Below are positions 10,598 through 19,720 of a stretch of DNA of 64,000 nucleotides, in pieces. Position 1 is the first letter of the stretch. The number at the start of each line of letters is the position of its first letter. A program made the translations under genes and the position numbers. Source of the DNA: an uncultured Acidimicrobiales bacterium. Its GTDB lineage: Bacteria; Actinomycetota; Acidimicrobiia; Acidimicrobiales; DATKAS01. The notes below the pieces were generated by a model, which was not told the DNA's origin, did no database searches, and worked only from the letters and a program-made list of their open reading frames with translations. The stretch spans positions 32,466 to 96,465 of the forward strand of contig CAVSDE010000007.1 in NCBI GenBank assembly GCA_963726695.1. Direction: 5' to 3'.

Positions 10598-12822
10598 CCG
10601 CTGCAGCCTCGCCGGGAGGGCTGCTTCCCACCCGGGCGCTCTTCCACGAATCGTGGAAGTGGCTGCGCAAGAACTGGATCCGCACCCTCGTCTTCAGCAT
10701 CATCTCGTTCGCGATCGCGTGGGCGTGGAACGTCTGGATCATGGCCCGCAAGCTCGAAGGCTCGGTCGCCGAGCCCGGGTCGAGCACGACGGCCACCGCG
10801 CAGGGCCACACGTGGAACGGCCTCTACTGGCTGCTCTGCACGACGATCCTGTTCGGCCTCATCACCTACGGCCGCGAGAAGGGGTTCAAGAACCTCATCC
10901 GTGACTTCGTCACGCCGCCGTTCACCTTCTTCGACAACCTGTTCCGGCGGCCGCGGTCCGCGATCGCGATGGGTTGCTGGGGAGCTGCGCTTGCGCTGCT
11001 CATCGGATCGGTCGTGTCGAACGCGATCTCCGGACTGCTCGGGCTCGGCTTCCTCCTCGCCGCGCCCACCGCCCTCGCGATCGTCCTGAACAACGTGTTG
11101 ATCCGCGCCTGGATCGGCGCCTTCTCGGCCGCGCAGCCCCGGCTGCGCACCAACGCATCGTCGCTCGCGAACCCCTACGCGATGATGTTCGGCGAAGCGA
11201 TCGGCGCGCTCCTCGCCTGGCGGATGACTGGTGCCTTGGTGCCCGTCATCTTGGCGCTGATCCTCATCGGGGTGTCGTTCGTCGCCGTGGCCGGCGGCGC
11301 CGGAAAGGCGCTCCCGAACCCGATGCCGCTCATCCTCCTCGTCGGCGCGGGCATCGTGGCGTGGAAGGTGCTGCAAGCCCAACCCGCGCATGCTGACGAC
11401 GGCGGATGGTCGGAGTGCGCGACAGCGAACGGCGACCCGTGCTCTCAGCTCGGCTTCTTCAAGGGTTGGTGGGAGTGGCGCAAGTCCGCCGGAGCGGACA
11501 TCGTGATCCGCCAAGGTCGCATCGGCGGCACGTTCTCGGCGCTCGGATGTCTTGCCGGTTGCCTGCTGGGCGGCGGCCTCGCCGCGGTCGCGGCGGCGTT
11601 CGGCAGCTCGGCGACCGGCGGCCTCGGCACCGCCGCCTCGGGCGCGACACCTCCGGGCGGCGCCCCAGCCGGCGGTGCTCCCGCGGCGGGCGCGGGGCAT
11701 GGTGTCGCCTCGTCGCTCGGTCAGCCCCAGGCGGGGCAGCCGGGCGGGCCGCTTCCGCAACCCGGCGCACCACACGGCGCCGCGCAGGCATCGACCGCAT
11801 CGACGGCCTCCGCTGGCGGCGCACCGCCGGGCGCGGGCGCACCGCCGGGCGCGGGCGCGGCAACCCCTGGCAGGGCGCACCACCGGGCGCGGGCGCGGCA
11901 ACCCCTGGCTCGCCTCCGGCACCCACGCCGGTTCGCGCGCGCCGGCAACGTCGCGCCGGGCCAACCACCTCCTCCACCGCCCCCGCCGTCTGGCACACCT
12001 GCCGGGGCACCCCACGGTGTCGCCCAAGGCACCGAGGGCCTCCACGGCCACGCCGGCCAACCCGCCGACGTCACCCCCACCGGCGCCGCACGACACGCAC
12101 CCGACGTCACCCCCGGATCCGCTCCCGGATCCGCGCCCGGCGCAGGCACACCCGCAGCCGGCACACCCGCGGGAGCACCCCACGGTGTCGCCCAAGGCAC
12201 CGAGGGCCTCCACGGCCACGCCGGCCAACCCGCCGACGTCACCCCCACCGGCGCCGCACGACACGCACCCGACGTCACCCCCGGATCCGCTCCCGGATCC
12301 GCGCCCGGCGCAGGCACACCCGCAGCCGGCACACCCGCGGGAGCACCCCACGGTGTCGCCCAAGGCACCGAGGGCCTCCACGGCCACGCCGGCCAACCCG
12401 CCGACGTCACCCCCACCGGCGCCGCACGACACGCACCCGACGTCACTCCCGGGCATCCCGGCGATGTCACGCCGACCGGGGCTACCCGCGGCGCACCCGA
12501 CGTCACTCCCGGGCATCCCGGCGATGTCACGCCGACGGGAGCGAGTCGCGGCGCACCCGACGTCACTCCTACGGGTGCGGGCCGACACGCGCCCGACGTC
12601 ACGCCCGCGCATCCCGGTCAGGCGTCGGACATCACCCCGACGGGAGCGAGTCGCGGTGCGCCCGACGTGACGCCCGGCCATCCGGGAGCGGGCAACCAGC
12701 CGCCTCCGCCTCCCCCAGGCGGCCAGCCGCCGCCCACCCCGGGACGCCACATGCTCGACGATGTGCTGCCCGACGAAGACAAATTCGACGAGGAGGACGA
12801 AGAAGACGGCGAAGGCACGTGA
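10594..12822 (+). CDS. polytopic membrane protein with long repetitive Pro/Gly/Ala/His-rich C-terminal region and acidic tail
   Basis: GTG 10594 overlaps the FMN reductase stop (GTGA). About 8 hydrophobic helices span 10650-11600. Low-complexity sequence and tandem repeats follow, with the unit GAPHGVAQGTEGLHGHAGQPADVTPTGAARHAPDVTPGSAPGSAPGAGTPAAGTPA. The tail is DEDKFDEEDEEDGEGT. A compensating frameshift pair near 11875 and 11940 is likely. Confidence 0.6.
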   Translation: MTAAASPGGLLPTRALFHESWKWLRKNWIRTLVFSIISFAIAWAWNVWIMARKLEGSVAEPGSSTTATAQGHTWNGLYWLLCTTILFGLITYGREKGFKNLIRDFVTPPFTFFDNLFRRPRSAIAMGCWGAALALLIGSVVSNAISGLLGLGFLLAAPTALAIVLNNVLIRAWIGAFSAAQPRLRTNASSLANPYAMMFGEAIGALLAWRMTGALVPVILALILIGVSFVAVAGGAGKALPNPMPLILLVGAGIVAWKVLQAQPAHADDGGWSECATANGDPCSQLGFFKGWWEWRKSAGADIVIRQGRIGGTFSALGCLAGCLLGGGLAAVAAAFGSSATGGLGTAASGATPPGGAPAGGAPAAGAGHGVASSLGQPQAGQPGGPLPQPGAPHGAAQASTASTASAGGAPPGAGAPPGAGAATPGRAHHRARARQPLARLRHPRRFARAGNVAPGQPPPPPPPPSGTPAGAPHGVAQGTEGLHGHAGQPADVTPTGAARHAPDVTPGSAPGSAPGAGTPAAGTPAGAPHGVAQGTEGLHGHAGQPADVTPTGAARHAPDVTPGSAPGSAPGAGTPAAGTPAGAPHGVAQGTEGLHGHAGQPADVTPTGAARHAPDVTPGHPGDVTPTGATRGAPDVTPGHPGDVTPTGASRGAPDVTPTGAGRHAPDVTPAHPGQASDITPTGASRGAPDVTPGHPGAGNQPPPPPPGGQPPPTPGRHMLDDVLPDEDKFDEEDEEDGEGT
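12007..12446 (+). repeat. perfect in-frame 168-bp tandem repeat, about 2.6 copies
   Basis: Copies start at 12007, 12175 and 12343 and look identical base for base by eye. The third copy diverges after about 100 bp. Confidence 0.9.
12439..12558 (+). repeat. 60-bp in-frame tandem repeat, 2 near-identical copies, followed by degenerate DVTP-type repeats to about 12680
   Basis: The units gacgtcactcccgggcatcccggcgatgtcacgccgac... at 12439 and 12499 differ only in their central 10-12 nt. Confidence 0.85.
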
Positions 12823-12825
12823 TCG

Positions 12826-13827
12826 ATGTCTGATACGGCCCTCACCGAGCGAACGACCGCAGGCGTTCCGCTCTGGGCTGGATTCCTCACGATCGCCCTC
12901 GCATCGACCTCGATCCTTTCCCTGCTCGCGGATCTCTACGGCGTGGTCGCGATGGGCCACTTCTTCTGGCTCATCACAGTCCCGAGCCTCATCGCCCTCG
13001 TGGTCATCGGCTGCTGGCGGTCACCAAACCTGATCGAGCTGCAGAAGCGGATCCGCGTCGGCGTGTTCGGCGGCGTCATCGGCACGATCGGCTACGACCT
13101 GATCCGACTTCCGTTCGCCGTGGGCGGTACGCGCGTCTTCGTCCCGATCGACACCTACGGGTTGCTGATCACCCGCGCACACATGTCGTCGTCGCTCACG
13201 GCGACGATGGGCTGGCTGTTCCACCTGTCGAACGGCGTGACGTTCGGGATCATGTACGCCGTCGTCGGCGCGCGCCGCCATTGGCTGTGGGGAGTCGCAT
13301 GGGGACTCATGCTCGAGACTGCCGTGTTGCTGAGTCCGTTCAAGGATCGGTACGTGCTCGCCGGCCAGCTGGGGGTTGTTGTCGTCGCCTACGCCGGCCA
13401 CTTCCTGTATGGGTGGCCGCTCGGCAAGTTCGTGCAGCACCTCGACAACACCGACCGAGAGCTGAAGGAGACCTTCCGCTACCCCACACCCATCGTGCTC
13501 GGGCTCGCGGTGTTCGCGATCCTGCTCTGGCAACAGCCGTGGCAGCAGTCGGAGGTGCGGCGCGAGGCGGGACGCCTCGCGCACGAGGCGGGGAAGCCGG
13601 TGCTGCTCGTTGCCGCCGGTGACGCGTTCACACCCGAGTTCGCCCGGATATCCCCGGGCGAGTGCGTGCTCGTCGTGAACCACACCGACAACGCCTTCTC
13701 GACGAAGTTCGGCGATGTCAGCGCGCGCAGTCAGGCCGACTTCTGCTTCAAAGACGCAGGAGTGAAGCGCGTGAAGCTGTCGCCCGCCCAGTTCTCAGGC
13801 GGCTTCGTCTACGTCGACGAGCACTGA
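12826..13827 (+). CDS. polytopic membrane protein with soluble C-terminal beta-rich domain, unknown function
   Basis: 333-aa ORF starting 4 nt after the previous stop, with 6-7 hydrophobic helices. C-terminal segment: VAAGDAFTPEFARISPGECVLVVNHTDNAFSTKFGDV. Confidence 0.55.
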   Translation: MSDTALTERTTAGVPLWAGFLTIALASTSILSLLADLYGVVAMGHFFWLITVPSLIALVVIGCWRSPNLIELQKRIRVGVFGGVIGTIGYDLIRLPFAVGGTRVFVPIDTYGLLITRAHMSSSLTATMGWLFHLSNGVTFGIMYAVVGARRHWLWGVAWGLMLETAVLLSPFKDRYVLAGQLGVVVVAYAGHFLYGWPLGKFVQHLDNTDRELKETFRYPTPIVLGLAVFAILLWQQPWQQSEVRREAGRLAHEAGKPVLLVAAGDAFTPEFARISPGECVLVVNHTDNAFSTKFGDVSARSQADFCFKDAGVKRVKLSPAQFSGGFVYVDEH

Positions 13828-13846
13828 CACTGGTTCGAGCGGGAGG

Positions 13847-15022
13847 TCAGCCGGCGCCTTCGGCCTCGAACACGAAGCTGCGACTGCCGACCGCGACCCA
13901 CCCGCCAGGCTTCACGGATGCGACCTGATTGGGCACGAGGCGCACCCAGTCCGCGTTCGTGTCGCTCCAAACGTAGGTGCCGTTGGTGGATCCTCGATCG
14001 ACGATCTGCAGCTCAGACCCGAACAGCCGCAGCTCGGCGTGCACCCGCGAGATGCTCCGCTCGGCGTCGTCGACGACGAGAGGACCGGCGCGGCCCACGA
14101 CCACCGCTGCGTCGTTGTCGGGCTCTCGCCCGATGATGTAGTCCTTGTCGAGCGCGTAGCTCGTGCCGTCCTCGAAGACGATGACGCCGATCGACTTTCC
14201 GCCGGGTGCACTGCCGCTGGCCTCAGGAGCTTCCGCGACCGCCGCAACCGCAGCCGGCGCAGCGAAGGCCTCGGCCGGCGCCGGTGGCGGCTCGGGCGCA
14301 GCGATCGCCTCGACGACGGGGATCGCCGCGACTGCCGCGACAGCGGCGACCGGCAGCGGCTCGGGCTCGGGCTCCGCGGGTGCCAGCGGCTCGGCCAGGT
14401 CGGTGAGCGCCGATGCTCCGCTCGACACACCTGCTGCGACGCCTGCCGCTGCTCCGGCGGCCACGGCTGCGGCCGGTGCCGACTCCTTCGGTTCTGCTGC
14501 CTCACCCGCGGTGCCGGGCGTCGCGACCACGTGCCCGCCGCTCACGAGCGTGATGCCGACACCGGGCACGACGCCACCCTGCAGCTCGTACATCGCGGTG
14601 CGCTTCGGCGGCTCCATCCCTCCCGCAGACACCGAGCAGGAGCCGAGCGTGCCCTCGAGGATGCGATCGACCCAGGTCGCCGCATCACGACCCGAGAGCT
14701 TGACCTCACCTCTCGAGCTCGAGGCCGCGAGATCGATGTTGCCCGCGAGGATCACCGACAGACCGTCCTCGGTCTGGGCGAGCACGCAGATCGCCAACCC
14801 GGTGTCGGGGTCGGCCGCCGAGAGAAGACCGGCCATCCGCCGCGCAAGGGCGCGCCCGGGGGCGTCAGGGGTCGCCTCGCCCACCTCGCGACACAGCGCG
14901 ATGAGCTCACCGATGCGCCCCTCGTTGCCCGTGGCTGGCACGGCGACCAGCACGATGCCCGGCAAGCGGGCGATCACGCCGTCCCCGGTAGCCAGCAGAG
15001 CTCGCTGCTCGTCAAGTTTCAT
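13847..15022 (-). CDS. FHA-domain protein (C-terminal FHA, Ala/Pro-rich linker, N-terminal domain of unknown function)
   Basis: FHA signature: YIIGREPDND...ISRVHAELRLFGSELQIVDRGSTNGTYV. The gene lies 30 nt downstream of the kinase gene on the same strand. Confidence 0.8.
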   Translation of the reverse strand: MKLDEQRALLATGDGVIARLPGIVLVAVPATGNEGRIGELIALCREVGEATPDAPGRALARRMAGLLSAADPDTGLAICVLAQTEDGLSVILAGNIDLAASSSRGEVKLSGRDAATWVDRILEGTLGSCSVSAGGMEPPKRTAMYELQGGVVPGVGITLVSGGHVVATPGTAGEAAEPKESAPAAAVAAGAAAGVAAGVSSGASALTDLAEPLAPAEPEPEPLPVAAVAAVAAIPVVEAIAAPEPPPAPAEAFAAPAAVAAVAEAPEASGSAPGGKSIGVIVFEDGTSYALDKDYIIGREPDNDAAVVVGRAGPLVVDDAERSISRVHAELRLFGSELQIVDRGSTNGTYVWSDTNADWVRLVPNQVASVKPGGWVAVGSRSFVFEAEGAG

Positions 15023-15052
15023 TGGTGCTCCCTCGGTCCTCGGTGTGGAACA

Positions 15053-17651
15053 TCAGAACAGGTCTGGGTTGGCGGTGAAGCTCTTCTCGATCTGCTCGAG
15101 TGCCGCTTGGTCCTCAGGGGTGGGGACTTGGACCTCGATGATCGCGGTGTAGTTCTCCTCGGGCGGCTTGGCGATGATCACCGTATAGAAGGAGTCGGTA
15201 CCCGCGCACTGGCTGAAGGTCTGGAACCGGCCCTTGAAGACGCCGTCGTCGTAATCGGCGATCGCCTCGGCGGTGCAACCGTCCCGCGCGAAGACAGGAA
15301 ACAGCGAGTCGATGTCGGGGACCGGAGTCTTCGTGGCAACGAACAGCATGCCTGCCGTCGTGAACCCGGTCGTGAAGTCGGTGCCGTCGGCGGACGCCGC
15401 GACAGCGGGGCCGACCTGCTGACCGCCGGGCACGGGGATCACCGTCCAGCTGGCGGGGACGTCGACGCTCGAGCGCGCCGGTCTCATCGGAGATCGTCTG
15501 AAAGTCGGTCGAGACCGCGGTGGTGTCGGTTGTGCTGTCCCCGCCGCCTTCGGGGAGGGGCGCGCCGTTCAGCTCGCCCGTCAGCGTCTCGCCCGCGCGC
15601 ACGACGGTCATGGGGATGACCGCGTCGGAGCCATCGGAGCGCAGCACGTCGCAGTAGTCCTGCATCGTGCCGTCGGTCGCGACGTCGGTGCCATCGAGCT
15701 GCGTGATCACGTCGCCGGGCAGGAGGTTCGCTCGCTCGGCCGGGGTCGCGGTCTCGACGGACGCGACCCACACGCCGGCCGGATTTTCATCGGACTCGGG
15801 AACGGCAAGGCCGTTGATCCCGACCGAGTCGACGTCGCCTGACTGCAGCTCGTCGGTGATGCCCTCTGCCGATGTCGACGCCACCGCGAAGCGGTCGTCG
15901 CTCGACGCGCTTGCCGCGTAGTTCACCCCGACGACGTGGCCGCTGTCGTCGAGCAGCGGACCGCCCGACTCACCCGGCTCGGTCTCGGCATCGTGGGTGA
16001 TGACATCGTCGGTCGCCGACCATGTCGTCGCGAGCGAGTCGACGCTCGTGACCGTGCCATCGGTGAGGGCGAACGAAGTGTCTCCCGCGATGAAACCTGC
16101 GGCGTGCACGGCGTCGCCGGGAGCCGCACCGACGGACGACCATTCGAAGAACGGGTAGCCGTCGCCGGCGATGTCGATCACCGCGAGGTCGTCGCACTCG
16201 GAGCGCCCGACGACGCGAGCGTTCTTCGGCTTGTCGTCGCCATTCACGAACACTTGGAGCGTCGCCGCGCCGGCGACGACATGGTTGTTGGTGACCGCGA
16301 GCCCGCTCGGGTCGATGATGAAGCCGGTGCCCTCGCCCGCCTGATCGAGCTGCTTGCCGACGTCGGGCAGCACGAAGTCGCCCTCGGACACGATGCGCAC
16401 CGTGCCCTGTGCCGCGTCGGCAAGGGAGGCGATGGCTGTCCCGGTCGGGATGCTGTCGGTGGGAGGTGGGCTGGCGCCCGAGCCTCCGCCCTTCGACGCG
16501 AGCGCGATGCCGCCGCCGATGAGGGCGACGATCGCGACCGCACCGATCGCGATCAGCGGCCCTTTGCTCTTGCCCTTCGGCTGCCCGGCGCCGACAGGCA
16601 CTCCCGGCATCGTCTCGCGGCTCGGCGATGTCGGCGTCGTCGGGGGGGTCACGAGCGCCGAGGCCGGGGGCGGCGGCATGCTCGCGAGGCCGTCCGACGC
16701 TGCCAGCGTGCTCGCGCTGGTCGTCGCGGCTCGGCCCGTCATCGTCGCGTCGGGCGCCGGCAGCGTCACCGAGACGAGCGTCATGTCGGTGACCGGCACA
16801 CCGAGCGCGCGCTGCGCCTGCTGCAGCGCACGGCCGAAGGCGGCGGCGCGGGGACGCACCGTGGGATCCTTCGCGAGCCCTTGCTCGATGATCGTGGCCA
16901 CAGCGTCGGGAACCCCGCGGGTGCGGAGGTCGGGCACGGGCCGCGTCACGATCCGCGAGATCATCGTGACGATCGACGTGTCCTCGCTGTCGTCGCTGAA
17001 CGGACCGCCGCCCGCGATCAGCGTGTAGAACGTCGACGCGAGGCTGTAGACGTCGGACGCCTCGGTCGGGCGCTTGCCCTCGACGATCTCGGGCGGCGCG
17101 TGCGCCATCGTCGCGGTGATCACTCCGCTTCGGGTCTGGTTGGCACCTTCGATGCGGGCGATGCCGAAGTCGCCGAGCTTGGGTTCGCCGTACTGGGAGA
17201 CCAGGATGTTCTCGGGCTTGATGTCGCGGTGCAGGACGCCGGCTTCGTGCGCAGCGTCGAGCGCTCCCGCGACCTTGATCGTCGCCGCCGTCGCGTCGTT
17301 CCAGGGCATCGGGCCTTGCTTCGAGAGCCGATCGCCGAGCGAGCCCCGCGTCATGAACTCCATGACGATGTAGGGCTGCTGGTCGTCGGTGAAGCCCGAG
17401 CCGTACACCGTGACGATGTTCGGATGGCTCGACAGCGCGCCCATCGCCATGCGCTCACGCTCGAAGCGATCACGCGCGGACTCGTCAGCGGCGGCGATCG
17501 GGAGGATCTTCAGGGCAACCGTGCGCTCGAAGCCCACCTGATGCGCCTTGTAGACGACACCGAACCCGCCACGGCCGATCTCGACCGGTTCCTCGAATCC
17601 GGAGATGGAGATCGGGCGAGGCCCGCCCTGCCCCGCTCCCGGATCCGTCAT
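15053..17651 (-). CDS. Hanks-type Ser/Thr protein kinase - TM - trypsin-like (HtrA/S1C) protease - PDZ - extra C-terminal domain; one frameshift near 15469
   Basis: Kinase motifs: GRGGFGVVYKA, VALK, HRDIKPENIL, DFGIA. TM helix: LIAIGAVAIVALIGGGIAL. Protease triad contexts: TNNHVV, DDLAVIDI, GESGGPLLD. PDZ-like segment: LLPGDVITQLDGTDV. The C-terminal 140 aa continue in ORF 15053..15487. Confidence 0.8.
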
Positions 17652-17904
17652 CCCCCAACCCTTCGCGTGCGTCCGCCGATAGTGGAGCGGATCATAGTGA
17701 GCGGCCTACGCCGTCCTGGGTCCTCGCGCATGGCCCTGCCTGCCGGGGTATGCAGCACCGCCGAAACGGGTAACCAAGACGTCACGACCAATGAGACCCG
17801 TGGGTGACATCGAAGGGTCCGAGACATCACGAATGTCGCCGCCGATCTGCGGTCGGCGAGCACCCCTCGTTAGAGTCACGCAGTCAGTCAGGAGCGTTGG
17901 AACA

Positions 17905-18528
17905 ATGGTGTCCGCGGTTGGAACAGTTCCCGGAGCCCGTCTCACGGCAGCGCAACGCAAGAAGCAATTCTTGGATGTCGCCGCGCAGATCGTCGTCGAG
18001 CATGGCGCGGACACGGTCACCATGGAGGCGGTTGCCGCGCGCGCTGGGGTGAGCAAGGCCCTCAGCTACCGGTACTTCAGCAACGCGGGCGCGTTGCTGC
18101 TCGAGCTGTTCGAGCGCGAGGTGGTCACGCTCGACCGACAGATCCGGGTGGCGGTCGACGCGGCGGACGGCTTCGAGGCCAAGCTCCGCGCAACCTTCGA
18201 AGGCTGGGGCGGCGAGATGGGCGACAAGGGCCGGCTGCTCGGTCGACTCTGGCAAGTGTCGGTGTCGACTGGTCCGCTTCTCGAAGCCCGACGACGCCGG
18301 GACCGCGAGGTCTACGAGTGGTGGGGCAGCCTCATTGAAACCGAGTACGGGCTGCCGACGTCCATCGCGGAGACGGCAGCAGCGGTCCTGGTGCAAGGCA
18401 CCGCCGGGTTGTTGGCGAGCCTGTTCGCGGGGCGCGGCAGCCAAGAGGATCTGATCGACATCTACGTGTACATGGCCCTCGGGGCGCTCGACCGTCTCGC
18501 GCTCCAGCAGACGTCAGCCGAGGCCTGA
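17905..18528 (+). CDS. TetR-family transcriptional regulator
   Basis: The HTH segment QFLDVAAQIVVEHGADTVTMEAVAARAGVSKALSYRYFSN follows the ATG at 17905 within ORF 17791..18528. Confidence 0.8.
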   Translation: MVSAVGTVPGARLTAAQRKKQFLDVAAQIVVEHGADTVTMEAVAARAGVSKALSYRYFSNAGALLLELFEREVVTLDRQIRVAVDAADGFEAKLRATFEGWGGEMGDKGRLLGRLWQVSVSTGPLLEARRRRDREVYEWWGSLIETEYGLPTSIAETAAAVLVQGTAGLLASLFAGRGSQEDLIDIYVYMALGALDRLALQQTSAEA

Positions 18529-19674
18529 CCCCATCACGCGGCTGCCCATCATCTCGGCGAAGTTGTCGGCGTAGAAGCGCTGCTTCGCTCCATCGGACAC
18601 CGACGGCATCGAGCCCTCGAAGCGGCCGAGCGGATCGCGCCCTCCCTCGGGATGTGGGTAGTCGGAGGAGAAGAGGAACAGGTCGTCTCCAGCCTGCTCG
18701 ATCATCCATCCGACGGGCTCCGTGGGGAATGGCGTGAACCAGAGGTGGCCGTGCACGTACTCGGACGCAGGCTTCGGAAGTGCGAGCGCGGGCTCGGTCT
18801 TGCGGAACGTGTACTGCGCGAGATCGAGCCGCTTCAGCCAGGGCACGACCCACATGGCGCCTTGCTCGATGCATCCGCCTCGCAGGCCCGGGAAGCGCTC
18901 GAACACCCCATCGAGCACGAGGCACGAGAGGAAGATCTCCGGCGGCATGTGGATCGCCATGTAGTCCTTCGACCGGATGTTCTCGCCGCCGCCGAGGAAG
19001 TCGGTGACCTTGTGTCCGTTGTCGTGGAACTCCGGGCGCATGAGCCTGCCGCCACCGCCGATGTGGAGCATGAAGGGGATGTTGCTCTCCTCGAGCGCTC
19101 TCCACATGGGGTCGTTGTCGGGATGGGTGGGAGAAGGCACGCCGGCCTCAGGCACCGACGGCAGCAACACCGCGCCGGATCCGAGATCGATCGCCTCTTG
19201 CACCGTGGCGAGGTTGCGTTCGGGCGTGCCCCACGGCACGAAGCCGACGGGCACCAGGCGCCCGTCATCCGAGCAGAAGTCGACCATCGCGCGGTTGTGG
19301 GCGCGGGTGCCTCCGTAGACGAGGTCAGGGTCGTCGCCGAGGAACTGCGTCGGCGCGAACGTGCTGAACACCAGCTGGCAGTCGAAGCCCAACAAGTCGA
19401 GTGCCCGGGTGCGCTCGACGGGATCGAACGCCCCGAGCGCCGACCATCCCTTGTGGTCGAGGAGCTTGTCCTCGAGCGCCGCCGCGGCGGCGGGGTCCGA
19501 TGTGCGGGCTTCCGCATCATGCATCGCTCGATCGGCGAGCTTGCCTGCTGCTCCGAGGTAGAGCGGGCGGATGCGGTCGCGGACGTCAGGGTCCGCGTAC
19601 TCCACCAGCCAGTCGGGCAGCTCCATGATGTGGCTGTCGGCGTCGTAGAACGTGCGGCCCTGCGCATACGTCAT
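18514..19674 (-). CDS. amidohydrolase-2 (metal-dependent hydrolase/decarboxylase) family protein
   Basis: Starts at MTYAQGRTFYDADSHIMELPDW. Contains DxH, HIGGGG and a C-terminal FSSDYPHPEG motif. The upstream 96 codons of the 483-aa ORF are Arg/Pro-rich and were discarded. Confidence 0.7.
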   Translation of the reverse strand: MTYAQGRTFYDADSHIMELPDWLVEYADPDVRDRIRPLYLGAAGKLADRAMHDAEARTSDPAAAAALEDKLLDHKGWSALGAFDPVERTRALDLLGFDCQLVFSTFAPTQFLGDDPDLVYGGTRAHNRAMVDFCSDDGRLVPVGFVPWGTPERNLATVQEAIDLGSGAVLLPSVPEAGVPSPTHPDNDPMWRALEESNIPFMLHIGGGGRLMRPEFHDNGHKVTDFLGGGENIRSKDYMAIHMPPEIFLSCLVLDGVFERFPGLRGGCIEQGAMWVVPWLKRLDLAQYTFRKTEPALALPKPASEYVHGHLWFTPFPTEPVGWMIEQAGDDLFLFSSDYPHPEGGRDPLGRFEGSMPSVSDGAKQRFYADNFAEMMGSRVMGSGLG

Positions 19675-19720
19675 GTGCGGACGGTAGCGCCGGGTCGATC
19701 CGACCGACAACGATGACGCC

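Noticed and set aside
12007-12700. The tandem repeats as a CRISPR array or a mobile-element terminal repeat.
   Set aside because: The units are directly adjacent without spacers, in frame, and inside a long ORF whose translation is a coherent repeat protein. No cas genes or transposases are nearby.
17678-17704. The direct repeat gatagtggagcgg / atcatagtgagcgg upstream of the kinase-protease gene, as a defined operator or promoter (it contains TATGAT on the minus strand).
   Set aside because: Plausible, but it is only two imperfect 12-nt copies. I cannot distinguish chance from function without start-site data or conservation, so I did not list it as a feature.
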